Positions 25,801-39,035 of a DNA stretch of 64,000 nt are shown in pieces. The first letter of the stretch is position 1. Each line of letters begins with the position of its first letter. A program made the translations under genes and the position numbers. Below the pieces are notes generated by a model. That model searched no databases. It saw nothing but the letters and a program-made list of their open reading frames with translations, and was not told where the DNA came from. Origin of the DNA: Lama glama (lineage: Eukaryota); contig CM052825.1 of NCBI GenBank assembly GCA_028534125.1, positions 1,302,001 to 1,366,000 of the forward strand, given 5' to 3'.

Positions 25801-27857
25801 GGATGATGGGCGCTCTCCAGCCCAGCCGCCCAGCACGGCGGAAGCCACGCAGGCCGGCTCCCCGGGGGGAATGCCCTGAGCCCGCCTGGTCCCTCTAACA
25901 CACAGCCAGCACCGACAACTCCAGGACACACCAGAGCCACGGGGTGGCGCACGCACCGCCACACTCTCCCGGGAGAGGAAGACTGGAGTGTCAGCAGCAC
26001 CGTGCGTTTATGGACAAAGCTCCCCACACAGCAGCTCTCTGGGCTACATGAGTCCCCTCCTCGCTGAATTCTTAACCTGAAAACCAACCACCTTACACTG
26101 CGGCGCCTCATTCTGACGCCAACGCCTGTTCTGTGGAAGCCGGCGCCACAACGTCCCACTGCGATTTCCCCAGCCCAGGGAGCTCAGCGTGCACCAGGCG
26201 CGTAGGCCATCCCAGTCCCCACTCCGGGGCCTCGAGCCACTGTCCCCCCTTCCCCGTGGTGCAAACAGCAAGACTGTGACCCTCAAGCCCAGCAGCCGAG
26301 GAGTCATAGAGCCCAACAGGGTACTCTGCCTGGGGTGCAGGGCAAGGCAGCTCTCCCTTCTGAACGCGGCAACACGAGGATCACACAGGTCTGTCACAGG
26401 CCACCCAAGGACGGAGTCCTGCCTCTCTCCATGAGCCGGACGCCTGGTCTTCCAAAAGCCGTCCAGTGCTGAGAGGCTGGCTCTGCCACACCCGACTCTC
26501 ACCACGACACAGGCCTGGCCCACCTGCGGCACGTCGTGAGCAAATGGGGAAGACAGCACCTGCTGCCCAGGAGCTGACCCTCCGCGGACGTCAGTTACAG
26601 CCAGGTGCACAGGGGCCACATGCCATAAAGGGGCTGAGGCCGAGGGCTGGCCGCATGGCGTGGTCACAGAGGGCCTCGACCAGGCTCGGAGAACGGAGAG
26701 GGTCGTGGTGGGCTCCGGGAGCGGCCTGAGAGAGGCTCCAGAACCACAGGCCGGCAGGGGCCCACAGGTCCAAGGCGCACTCAGATTCCAGAGAACACAG
26801 GCCCTGTGCCACGGCAGCGATGGCAGGGGAGCGACCGAGTCTGTAGGCTGCCCTCCAGAGAAGGGCCGGGGGACAGGAGCAGCAGCGACCCAGCGCAGGT
26901 TTAGATGCATCTGGGGGCGGACAGGGTGGAGGCAGAACAGCGCCGCGCAGAGCGAGCCTGCACCGTCCTGCAGCCAGCAGTTCCACACCCTGGGAAGGTC
27001 CTTCTGCAAAACAGGCAGGGACAACAGAGCTCCTGCAGGTGCAGCTGCCCCGACAAGGGGGACTCGGGGACAGTTAAAGCCCCCTGCCCTCTCTCCCCAG
27101 AATCCCCAGCTCACCCCTCTCACCAAGGCTGAGCAGTCCCGTCCCTCCCAGGCACAGTCCTGGAAGCGTGCATCCTCCACAGCAGTGTCCTCTCTGTAGC
27201 CAGGGCATCCAGCCAGCATCACCACACAAGCCCCCAGCTCGGGCCCCCCGGGCAGGGCTGGCCACCTTCTCTCTCCTCCCTCTCCCTGCCTGCCTGCTTC
27301 TCCAGGCCCCTCCGAATTCTCAGGAGGCAGAGAGAAGAGACAGCACAGGAAACCACCATGAGCGTCCCCACCTCCCGGAGCTGGCACTGGCCCCTGACGG
27401 GTGCGCACACTGGCCCCTGGGAAGCCTGCGCTGACCTGGTCCCCACATAGCTCTGCCAACAAGTGCACCGCAGACCCTGCCCCGGACGAGTGGCAGTTCA
27501 GTCCCTGCTGGATCAGTACCGCGAGGTGGGACGGAAGACAAGCCCAGGCCCCAGTGAGGCCTACAGCTCGCTCCCAGAAAACACACGTCACTTTGCCCCC
27601 ACCTTCCTTCCCCTCTTGGAGCCCCAGTTCCCTCAGCCGCCCCCAGTGGACCCGCACTCACTCTCCCTCCCTCCCTCCCCGCTGCACACACCTGTCTTTA
27701 ACCCCCATGAACACAGGCCCCTGGGATCACCTGCCAAGCCTTCTGTGTTTCTCTCGAGGCCCCGCTTCCACTAGTTTAAGCACTGAGGATGGAACACTGT
27801 TCCTCTCTGTTGGGGAAGGGGTGGCAGACACACAGCACATGAGCCTCCCTCCTGGGA

Positions 27858-27959
27858 GCCCCTTTCCTCCCCCTCTCCTCCCTCTGCCTCCTTCCTCTTG
27901 CCCTTCCCCACCTCCTCCCTTCCCCCGCTTCCCCTCCCCACTCCTCCCTCCTCCTCCTC
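27858..27959. repeat. CT-rich low-complexity polypyrimidine tract
   Basis: About 100 bp, almost entirely C/T on +. Confidence 0.9.
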
Positions 27960-29659
27960 GGGCCCAGGCCCTCACACACTGGTGTTCAGGCACACTCTCG
28001 GCAAGGCCCAGCAGGCGGTCCGCCACCCTGTTTGGAAAGTGGAAACACTTGCCTGCAGCCCGTAGGGCCCCCATCAAAACTAAAAGAGAAGGAGCCCCAC
28101 TTTAATTTCTGGAGTTAATGCAGTGCCGAGGTGACCGTCCCACACTGACAGGACAGACTGGGACTACGAGGTGTCCAGGCCAAGGCCTGGCTCTGATTCA
28201 GCAGGGGATGGAGTCATCCTCCCGCTTATGAGGGGGTCCCACTGTGGCTCTCCCGCTCCCATCACCAACAGACAAACGGGGTTCTTGATGGCCACCCTCT
28301 CGGGCCTGACCCAGCACCAGCTGTGCGTCAGACCTTGGGGACCCTGGGGATGCTGAGATCAATGTGCCCCGTCCCCCCTTGAGGAGCTGGTGGAGGGAAG
28401 GGCCGGTGAGGGCTGGTGTGAGTTCTCATGGAGGACCCACCGGGAGCACCGAGTGGGCCGGCTGGCCAGCCAGGCTCCCACACCAGGACAAACATGGGAC
28501 AGCACAGCGCCAGCCTCTCGTTGACCGCTGCAGCCGGCTCCAACAGACAGAAGGGCCATCAGTCAGTGAGACCTCACTGCGGCTGAGTCGGGGAGGGAAG
28601 CCCCGAGCAGAGGCAGCTGGGAGTCCACGAGAGACGGGGGGCACATGGGGCCACAGCAGGGTCTTCCCTGCTTCATCGCCTCCTACCTGAGCCCCTCCCC
28701 GCCACAGCCCCTCACCTGCAACTGCGCTCACTCGAGCAGCAAGCATCCTATACCCACCCAAAGGCTGCGCCTGTGAGCTGTCTTCTCACCACGCAGCTTA
28801 ACCGCGGTGCTCTGGTGCCTTCCCTCTTTAAACAGCCACCGCTGCCGCCGACAGCCCCACCTCCACTCTGGTCAACAGCGCGCGGCCTCAGCGGCGTCCC
28901 CTGGGGCGCTGACACCCCCACCTCTCCCTAGGCCTCCGACCTGTGCCCCCTTGGCGCCAGCTGGCCTCTCACCCACTGGCCCTGCTCGCGGGTGCGTCCT
29001 CTCACCTTTCAGGGCCTTCATCCCAGCGCTCAACGGCCTGCCCCGGCCCACCGTGGTCCCTCTGTGGTCCCGCCCGCAGGTAGGGCACTGTCCCTTCACT
29101 GACTCCCTCAGCAGGCCCGGCCACCCAGTAAACGTGCTTACGGTGACTGAAACCCCAACAGCTCTCATCCTCAGGATGAATCTAAACAGGGTTCACTTCA
29201 CAAGGCCCCGGATTTCAACCGCAGCAGGTGCACCAACATCCTGGGTCTCGTTTGACTCCCACTCAGAACCAGCAGAGAAGGCGCCGCCATCCCTGCTGGG
29301 CAGGCGAGGAAAGTGAGGCACCCAGAACTTGCCAGAACCGGCCAGTGTTCTGCCCCCAAGGATCTCAACCCTGGACAGACGTCCAGGTTGCCTGCTGGGA
29401 AGGGCTGCTGGGTGGATGGAAATGGCAGTGTCAGGGCCCCTGACTCCTCAGCTCCGCCCCAGATCTGGGGCCAGCGTCCTGGGGACGCCGTCTTCGGGCT
29501 GCATCCACCTGGCAACGCCCAGGGCCCCGTGGCACAGAGCACCCAGGCCCTGGACGACAGGAGACACTCACAACCTCCAGGATGCCCCGTCTGACTCACC
29601 TGGCGTGGAGGGGACGAGGCGCCCAACCAGGTGCTCAGAAAAAAACTGTTTTAAAGCTT

Positions 29660-30190
29660 GCTGACCAAAAAACCCCAAAATGGATCATTTTAAAATAAAA
29701 GCAAATGCTGGAGACTTTCATCACGTACAACATTTCTATTAAAGCAGAACAAACTCCGGGCTATATCGAACCAGTTCCGCTGGGATCTGTGTCCGCCGTG
29801 ACCCACTATTCAGGCTCCGTCTCATTCACATAGAGGCTTAATTGGCATTTCATGCCTGCATTGTGTCCCGGGGATGAGCGAGGTGTAATTATGGTAAAGA
29901 GAGCGCTCCACCGGCTCTGGCTCCATTCATGTCATTCATCGCGTCAGAACGAGCACAGATGTTCCGCTGAAGGACAGAGAGGAAGATGAGCGCTTTCAAA
30001 TGACACTACTTTAGTTTAAAACTTCATTTAAAATAAAAAGTTATTTAAGCGAAATTTACAACAGTGTTCTCCTCCCTTTGTTTTACTTGCAATAGGGCAT
30101 CAACGTCAAAGGCTGGTTCCGCTTAATTTGATTTCTCATTTTCAGATGAACATCTGTGTTTAGGTCTAAAAAGCTTTGTGGAAACATACG
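29660..30190. promoter_or_regulatory. Candidate conserved enhancer (AT-rich island)
   Basis: About 500 bp, non-repeat, with no ORF of 60 aa or more inside it. TAATTG 29839-29844, CATTGT 29859-29864, TAATTA 29886-29891, CTTTGTT 30076-30082. Confidence 0.45.
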
Positions 30191-31121
30191 GGACCCGAAA
30201 GGGCCTGAACAAGGCCTGCCTCTGCAAACACTTGACCGCCAGGAAGGCCCGCCTTCACAGGGGCCCAGGGTTGTGGGCGGGGGTGCTGCTCTGGCTCCCT
30301 CCCCACCTCAAGTTGCCAAGGAACTTCCTGCTTTTCAGAGTGGAGACCTCGGAAGCAGCGCCCCCGGGCAATCACTCAGGCTCAGGGCTTCCTCCAGCCA
30401 GCAGTGGTGCTCGTGGTGGCCTCCAGGGAGATGGCCCATCAGGTTCTGCTCCACCTCCCACGGTGTGTGGACACCAGCTGCTTGGGGACCTGGCCCCCAG
30501 GGCTGGACAGGCAGGGACCCCACATCCACCCCCGGCTCAGAGCCCCAGGCACAGAGGAACCACTCTGGGTCCCACAAGAGACAGGCCTACCTCCAGGGCC
30601 CCCAGTGCCAGGCATGCCACCTTGAGGGGACACGTGAAGGCTGGGCCCCAGCTATGCTCCTGAACTGGCCCCCGGATGTCAAGCAGATGGCGACCTCCTC
30701 ACGTCTCGGTTTCCTCTCTGCCCACGTGGACAACACCCGAGCCCAGCTGCCCACAAGCCACTGAGGGCAGACCCAGAAGCTGGCACAGAAAGCAGTCCTG
30801 GGTGCATGCGATAGGAATAAAGCCCCACCTTCAGCCCCACGTCAGTCAGGCCCAGCGAGGACACTCAGAAATGGGGTTCCCGGGGCTGCGGGAGTCAGAA
30901 TTCCTGAGCCAGGAGGCGCGGGGACGATGGGCCACTGGGACAGCCCCGCGGCCCAGCTGCTTTCTGTGCTGTCCCCACATGGGAACAGGTCAATCTTCTC
31001 GGCAGCCGCCTCCTGGGTACCAGGGCGAGGCCAGCACAGAGCCCACCGCCGCAGCGTGCGTCTAATAGCCTGGAACACAGCTCCGTTTCTACAGCACTGT
31101 ATTTAAAAATCTCTAAATAAA

Positions 31122-31257
31122 NNNNNNNNNNNNNNNNNNNNNNNNNNNNNNNNNNNNNNNNNNNNNNNNNNNNNNNNNNNNNNNNNNNNNNNNNNNNNNN
31201 NNNNNNNNNNNNNNNNNNNNNNNNNNNNNNNNNNNNNNNNNNNNNNNNNNNNNNNNN
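31122..31257. other. Assembly gap (136 N)
   Basis: Run of n in the sequence. Confidence 1.
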
Positions 31258-33205
31258 TACTCCTTTGAATCCATTTGGTTACTTTCTGAACACACACAAG
31301 TCCTGCAGTTTGCAAGGACCATCGCCCCCCGCATCGTGGTGCGGGTCAGGGACCTCGGCACGGCCGCGATGTCCCCGGGGCCCAGGGAGGAAGGGCAGGC
31401 CACACCTTCCCAGGCTGGGAGTCTGTTCTGGCCTTTTAAAGGTGACAGGAATTTCTGTGTGTCAAACCAAGGCCTTCCATCAAGCGCTCCCACTCGGTGA
31501 CTGTGCAGTTTATCCAAGCCCACCCTCCCAACCCCTCAGATATTCTCACAGCCCCTCCAGTGGCCAGGCTGCAACTTAGCAACCACGCTGCACCCCGAGC
31601 CCCGGCACACAGCGCACACACCCACGACGGCCAAGGCTGTCCCCAAACCCCTCGTCCGGAGCCAGGCCCCAGCGGGAGGTGGACACCGGGGGCTTTGTGG
31701 GTCGCGGAGCAGCAGCCCCGTACCTCCTCTGTGTACTGCTCTACTTCTACTGACATGACCCAAGGAAGAGCTCACTTCTGACCTCACGACACAGCAGGGA
31801 TCAGTCTGAGAGACACTAACCCCACTGCCAGCGCAGGCAGCGGTTCTTGGCCTCCAATGTCTCTCTTCCGTCCTGGGTAAAATTTGACTTGCTGAAGGAG
31901 CCTTTGTTTCAGGCTGTGAAGACGCCGTGGGTTCCTCCATGGGTTTAACCAACCAATACACATGGTTGCTGGGTCCAGACCCACCACCTGCCCCGCCACC
32001 AGCCCCAGCAGAGGGGCCAGGACACACATCGTGAGGAAGATGCTCACACCACTCACAACAGTTCCCAGCAGAACAAAGCAACACTTCTTATCCAAACAAA
32101 GTGCATCAACCGGGTCCTCGAGTCACTTTTCTCTCTCCCCACTGCCTTGTGTCCTGCGTACAACTGAAGGGAGGAAAAACTGACCAGGAAACAGTGCCGG
32201 GTAGGAAGGCGGGAAGAATCTGAATGCAAACGCCCTGGATGTGACGAGGCTGCGTGCCCAAGGAGTGCCCCAGCGGGGGTCAAGGCGAAGCGAGGGCGAA
32301 GACAGAGCTGCCACCAGCAGGGCCCCCGGAGGCGAGGCGGGGCTGAAGGATGGAGGGGGCTGGGCAGACCCAGCTTCTGCCCACAGTCAGCCACCAGTCA
32401 GAGGCAGAGCCAGGTCAAGACTGGCAAACACCAGGCTCCACTCCCCGCCCTCCACACGCTGCCCACTCCCTGCAGCAGGAAGAGCTTCAAGGTGGTGACC
32501 CCGAGTGCCTGGCATGGGCCCCAGCCAAGGAGCTACGTACTAGATGAACACGTGCAGCATCCCCCTTCAGTCCCAAGAGAACTGGAATAAAGGAAAAGGC
32601 AGGCTGAGGGAGGAAAGACAGACAAGTGACCTTGGGGCTTTCTCAGGCTACTGAAGGACACAAAATCAAGCCGTCGGAAATCTGACCCTGACTCGGGAAA
32701 TCAGAGGGAGGAAATGGGGTCTACTTGCCAGGCTTCTCACGTGAGAAACCCAGCAGCGCAGACAGGGAGCATGTTCGGCAGGCCTGGGAGGGGAGGTGGG
32801 CCTCCACGTGCACCATCCACACCCCCATCAGAACGGCCGCCAAGGCCACAAGCAGCCCCTGGCCGCATGGGCGCCTGCAGCTGCAGAAGGGCCCGTCCAC
32901 TGGGAAAACGGCAGGTGGGTTCTCGTGGAGCTGACCGCTGCTGTGACCCAGCCACACCACTACTGACCTTTGCACACTTACCAGCTCTGTCCACCGAGGG
33001 GCTGAAGGCGTGAACACATCTCCCACCCAGGTACTGGCTCTCCATCAACAGGAACCCGAGCGTCCTGGAAAAAGGGTCGATGCCGTGAAAGGCGCAGAGA
33101 AAATCCAAGTTCAGAGCATTGTGCGACGCTGGGAAGGTAGGAAACACTCCAAACAAGACAGTGGGAGTCAGAAGAGCACAAGAGCCAACTGCAAAGAGCT
33201 CCCAC

Positions 33206-33232
33206 AGGTCAGAGGTCAAAGGCCAGAGGTCA
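33206..33232 (+). promoter_or_regulatory. Tandem DR1 nuclear receptor element (4 half-sites)
   Basis: AGGTCA-g-AGGTCA-a-AGGCCA-g-AGGTCA read directly from the sequence. Confidence 0.55.
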
Positions 33233-36200
33233 GACCATCTGAGTAGCTCGGGGCTGCAGAGCGCTGAGCTCAATGAGACGCTGTCCGCAGTTCACGCCGG
33301 CATTAAACGACCAACGGAGGAAACACGCGGGGAGAAGGGACGAGTCTCCCCCTGAGAAGCCCAGCCCCGAACGCACCAGACACAAGGGAAACGGACGACC
33401 CCTGTGCCCTATGGAGGCGGCGGCCGCAGGCGAGGCCCCCCAACGAGCCCGAGAGCGAGCGCCCTGCAGGCCGGGAGGGAACGGGCTGTCGGCAAGGTCC
33501 TGGCACGTCCCCAGGGACACTTCCTGACCAGAGGGGAGCGCCCGGCCTCGCAGCAGAGAAACAAGCAATCGAGGCCGGCAGCACGGGAAACAGACGGTGC
33601 CAACGCCACGCACCCCGCACGACGCGCAGAGGAGGCACAGCGTCGCTTCTGCGGTCTCACACCTCAGCCTGACCAGACGGAAAGTCACCCCCCAACACCG
33701 CGGCGTTCTGCAGCCCTGCCACCCACCCCTTAGCCCAGCGCTCCTGCGCGTCTCGGCAGAGGAGAGCGGCGGGCGCAGGATGAGCTCAGAGACGGTCCGC
33801 GGATGCTGTGCGCTGGCTGCGGTGGCCGGCACCCTGCCCAGCCGGCCTGAGCCCTGGCCGGCCTCCGCCCACGGCTCCTTCCTGGCGCCACACCCCAGAG
33901 CTGGGTGAGGGGTGCAGCCTGAACGAAATCAGTGAGTAGGTGGCTCCGTTTGAAACGAACGCTGAAGGCTGAACAGGACCCAGCGTGATTCATCCACATG
34001 CTCCCTGAAGCACCTAAGACGCGCCCCTCAAGGGCAGGTGTGCAACGAACGGTTCCTAAACCAGCGAGGAGGAGCCCCGCCCTCCTTCCTCCTGGCAGGC
34101 AGGATGACTCAGCAGAGCGGGCGTGGGCGAGCTCGGGGACACGGTCAGGGGCACCCCAGTGGAGGTGACAGGAGGGGTGCGGAGGAGGTGCAGGGAGGAC
34201 GGGGCATGGATGAGCCAACTCGGGGGCCTGCGGACACACGGGCACAGGGAAAGCAGGCCAGGCCACGTGACGCACTGGTGAGGGTGGCTGCGCCAGCTGG
34301 ATGTCAGAGGAGACCCAGGCAAAGGTGGGACAGGTCAGCAGATTTCAGGATTTCACGGTGGGGGGGACGGGGGAAGGAGTCCAGATATTTCAGAATGAGG
34401 GAAGGGCCATAATCAAGGAGATACCGTCACCGCCATGCATGGAGGTGGCCGGCCGGCGCTCCATCTGGAGCCTGGGCTCCTGACTACAGGCGTGCCTCTG
34501 GGAGAGAGGAAGCTGCGGGCCGCGAACAAGTGCTCGGACTAAGAAGGCTTCCGCCAGGAAGCAGCAGCTAAGGCGCACAAGGAGCACCCCTGGGGGGAGC
34601 ATCCGGGCGCCACCCGGAGGGAGGAGGGGACGAGCACATGGCTCTGACCCTGGCCACACAGCATTCCTGGGGCCGGGCCAGGGGGCCCCCGAGTCTGCCC
34701 CCAGTCCTGCTTAGTCACCAGAGCTGCTCCTTCCAGACAAGCTGGGCACGACCGGCCCAGGGGGCAGAGGGTCTGCACAGGGGGACTCTTGCCTCAACAC
34801 AGCTTCCCACACAGCACAGGGAACACTCGCCCTCCAGAGCCGCAACACAGCAGGCAGGCCGCTGCCCCTGCCAGGCGACGGTGCGGGGACAGCACGTGCG
34901 AGGGCTCTTAGCACGATGTGCTTGTTTACCAACAGGGCGCCCTGACCCTTGGGACTAAGTCGTTCATTTCCGTGCACAAGAACAGCAGGACAGCCAGCAT
35001 CCGGGGCCCCTGGGCCCCCCGAGTCCCCTCCAAACACACTTAGTAACCACTGCCCCCAGAGGGGCAGCTCCAAGGAGCCAGAAGACCACACCCCCTGACC
35101 CCAGGGGCACTGAGAGGCTCTCGGACCTCTGTCCACCTGGGCTCCGACACCCGCATCAAAAAGCCTGCCATTCCTGAACACCTGGCCTCAGGCCTGCCGC
35201 CCCGCCTGGGGGACAGAGCCACTCGACTCTCCAGGGCCCTTCCCACAAGCTGGCCTGCACGCAGCAGCTCAAGGCGCTGGTCTGACCTGCCGCAGCGAAG
35301 GCCATCCTCCCGTCTCCCTCCTGACAAGCACAGCCTCTTCCTGGGACTGTGAGGCTGTCAGCCTCAAACAAGCACGTACAGGACACACGGGCCAGGGCGT
35401 GCAGGTGCGTGCACACGCGAGCGCACAGGGGTGTACGCTGAGCGACCCGAGCACGGAGGAATGACCTGGGGCCGGGGACCGGAGGCGCAGCTGAGCGGCC
35501 CGAGCACGGTGGGAGGCGCACATCTCAGCCTTTTCTGCTCTTTTCTCCCAGACCAGCCGTGAAGAAGCCGGCTGACGACAGGCCCTCAAGGTCTAGGCTT
35601 CCCAGAACACGGGACTCGGAGCAGACACAGGAGGAGCTCCCCCTCAGCCCTGCTCGACGATGGTTCTGGAGGTGCATCCGTCCGCTGCTCTGCCCCGCCT
35701 GTCTCTCGTGTCCCCAGAGGAGCCCTGGGAGGCAGGCTCTACCGACGACCTTCCCCTGGAGGCAGTGCGGTCACAGGCTGTGTTTCCTTCCAAAGCAATG
35801 TCGGACGGAGGGTAAAGGACGGCCCAGATGGCGCGTCTGGCGGTCCCCCCGCCGTGCGGGTCGCTGCTTATTTACAGCAGAGGAAGCGGCTCTTTCACAC
35901 ACGGGTCCCCTTCCCTCTGCCTTCTGTGCAGACCGGGCTCAAAGCCGTTGGTCAGGACACCAGACTCCTTGTGCGCTAGCTTCAGCAACCAGCCCCTGGG
36001 AGACGCCGTCAGCCCTGCCCACCCGGGTCGGCAAGGAAGAGCCACAATCTCGAGCTGTGCACCGAGCCCCGCCCGGCAGCGACTGCAGGCAAGGTCCGCC
36101 CAGCAGTGCAAGGCCTGCGCTGGCATGTCTGTCTGCCGACACACTCCTGTCCCCTCCACTCTCTCCCGATTTGAAGAATCAAAACAAGGGACCCAAACAA

Positions 36201-37479
36201 GGGCCCTCCCTCCCCAGTTCTCTGAAGTGAGAAGGTTCCGGGCCAGAGGCTGCCCCTTGGACCGTCGGGGCCCACCTCCCACTCTTCCAGACAGAAGCCC
36301 ACCTGGGCATTGGGGCAAGGTCGCCACAGCACATGCTTATTTTAATGGGACAAAGCTGGAAGATGCTACTCCGGTGGCTCTGAGACACAACTCCAGTGAT
36401 TCAGGGCTGCCCCGGCCTGCAGGGAGTTCAGGCCCTCTGACCTGGTGGGAGGGCAGCAAGCAAAGCCGGGGCCCGTACCTGGAGTCCGCTGCCGGGGTGG
36501 CCAGTGGAAGGACAAGGAGGGCAGGTGTGGGAGGTGGTCGGAGCTTAGCACGGGCGCTGCGTGGGGAGGAGAGCTCCAAGCCAGCTGCTCTGGCTCTCCG
36601 TGTCAGCACCCACAGCTCTACGCTCCCCCTCCGCCCGACCACGGCCGCGGCTCCCTCTGGAATGGCGTGCCCCCAGGTGCTGCCCTCAGTGCCCCTCAGA
36701 GGTCACCATCAACATCGTAGGCCAAGGAGTCACAGCTCACTCCTCATCTCAACGTCTGATGCCAGCCTGGGCCTCCCCACTCCTGCTGGGCCTCCCTCCC
36801 GGAAGGCCACAGAGGCACCTCCAATTCCCAAACAGCCACTTTAAGCCTGGGGCCTGTGGGCAATCCCGTCCCTCCTCCCAAGTTCTCTGGATTAAAAGCT
36901 CAAGAGTTAGACACCCGACAGCCTCCCCTGCTCTCCGCCCTCTGCGTCCGGGGGCTGCCACAGCCTGGCCCCACCACCGGACATCCCGCACGACTTCCTG
37001 GAAGCCAGCACCCCTCTCCCACTGGTTTCCCACTGGCCCACTCCCACCCAACAGCTCTTCCTGTGTGTTAAGCCAAGTAACACCTGCATGAAGTAGAGCT
37101 CTGGTCACATTACCCCCCCACGAGTTCCCCCAGGCTGAAATAAGGCCACACCCCCGGGGTCAGCCCTCCCCAGCCACTACTGTGAGGCCTGGGACATCCA
37201 GAGGGGAGGAGGTGCCTGCAGTGCGGGCACGGCTCCCAGACGCTGAGCCAAAGGCCCCCCACGCGAGCGGGAGCACATCCCCAGCCCTGGCCGGGCCTTC
37301 AGGGCCGTTTATGAGAGCCGTTCCCAGAAGCCTCCAGACACCAGGAGCTGTGTCTTCCATCGCTTTGTTTCCCCAACAACACAAAACCAAGGCTTTTTTA
37401 AAACATAAAACATTGTAATTATTCTGGCGCATCATTCCAAGAGAGATTTGTACACAGGAGCACATGCCAGGAAAGGCGA

Positions 37480-38320
37480 GCTGGGGCGACCAAGACGAGA
37501 ACACGGCCCGAAGCCCCGTGGCGCAGAGCTTCACACGGGAGAGGAGCGCGGGCCTCAGAGACGCGGCCCTCCCCCTGCCCGGGGCCGAGCGCGGACACGG
37601 AGCGCCCTCCGGCGGGCCCGGCGCCAGACCGTGCTGAGACGGCAGCCCGGCCAGGGCAGGGCGGCCTCCGCCGTGGGGCGACGTCTGGGGGCACCGCGGG
37701 GTGGAGCCCTGCCAGGACGCGCTCACAGAGACGCCGCTGCACAACCGGGCACCGAGGTGGGCGCGAACACCTGCCGCTGGGGCGTCACAGGGGGACCGGA
37801 CACGCGGACGCGGGGACCACGGGGCTCCTGCGGGGAGCGTCCAAACCAGGCCAAGTGGACACTGCGGATGGCAGACTCCCTGCGGGCAGCGACCACAGGG
37901 CAGAACCAGACCACACAGCTCTAGGCCTTTCCAGCTCTGAGGTGGCACGGCGAGTTTGTGCCCCACAAACGGACAGCACCTCCGTTCTCACGGGAAGCGT
38001 AGGCGCTGAGGACAGCTGTGAGGACGCGCCCCCGTGAGCGCCAGAACTGCAGAGTTAGGTGCACGCGCTCCTCCCCGGAGGAGCGCGGCGGGGACGCCGG
38101 GAGACCGAGCGGAGCACACGCCGCTCAGCTTGACAGAGCCGTGGCGGTCCTGACGCGGAGGCCGCAGGCGCCCCCGCCGAGCAGGCCGCACACCGGCAGA
38201 CCTTCAGGGCGAGTGTCTCCCCGTGCAACGTGGATGGTGCGGCCGGTCGGGGCAGCCCCCGAAGCACGGCCCGTGGCAGGCACCAGAGCCCCGAGGGTCT
38301 GCGTGATGCTCCGCAGGGCG
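37480..38320. other. CpG-island-like segment
   Basis: Visibly very high GC and CpG density over ~800 bp. The observed/expected CpG ratio was not computed. Confidence 0.55.
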
Positions 38321-38889
38321 GGGGCCTGATCACTATTTCTGTCCTGCCTCCCTTGCTGGCCTGTGAGCTCCGTGAAGCCAGGGATCCTCCTGTGCTATCC
38401 GCAGCGTCAAGGCAACTGCCAGGCACTGGCCAGTGCCACAGGGACCCACAGAGCCATGCAGACAGACGGACGGACGGAGTAGAGGCGGCAGAGACAGGGC
38501 AGGGAGAGTCACCTACAGATGAAAACTGAGGGAAAAGTCCGGAAAACAAAACCCCCAGCCGTCAAAAGTGATGGCCCTGGTGGGAGAGAGGCTGCCGCCA
38601 GCTCACGGTGACGTCACCCAAGGCGGTGCGATGAGCCATCGCCACCGTTCTAATTTTTAATTTAAGTAATTAAATGAGAAGTAGAGAGAAAATGCAAGAA
38701 CATCTACGGCCACCCAACAGCCTTGGTTCAGGCAGAACGAGGCGGGAGCCTCAGAGGGGCTGGTCCCCCGTGACTGCAGGGGGTGTCGTGTCGCTCCCGC
38801 TCCCAGCCGGCAGGAGGAGGCCCAAGTTCAGGCCCACACTCGGTGCTGGTCTCAGGCTGCCCCACCCACAGGAGAGGAGCCCCCAGGAG

Positions 38890-39035
38890 CAGACGCCCGG
38901 GGCACGAGGGGACCTCCAAGGGCTGAGACTATTCTAAATCCTGACAGGGCGCAGGGCGCACAGGTGCACACCTAGGTGAAAAATCGGAGCACCCGTGTAC
39001 AACCTCCCTGTCTCTTCTACTTAAAAAAGTTCAAG
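38890..39035 (+). mobile_element. L1ME/MC 3' terminal fragment
   Basis: ggggcacgaggggacctccaagggctgagactattctaaatcctga...tacttaaaaaag. Confidence 0.5.

Noticed and set aside
26044-27657. 537-aa minus-strand ORF, and other long ORFs such as 5865-6995, 5980-7029, 35828-36844 and 3461-4405
   Set aside because: Rich in P/G/R/A/C/W, no recognisable domain, overlapping ORFs in several frames, many with GTG/TTG starts. This is expected from stop-codon scarcity in very GC-rich DNA.
31103-31523. ORFs running through X residues
   Set aside because: Artefacts of the N gap.
31784-32095. ORF with KKCCFVLLGTVVSGVSIFLTMCV, resembling a syntaxin/t-SNARE tail anchor
   Set aside because: It has a TTG start and is not in frame with the nearby acceptor (~32164) without a stop. 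No SNARE exon is found elsewhere. TG-rich sequence yields hydrophobic translations.
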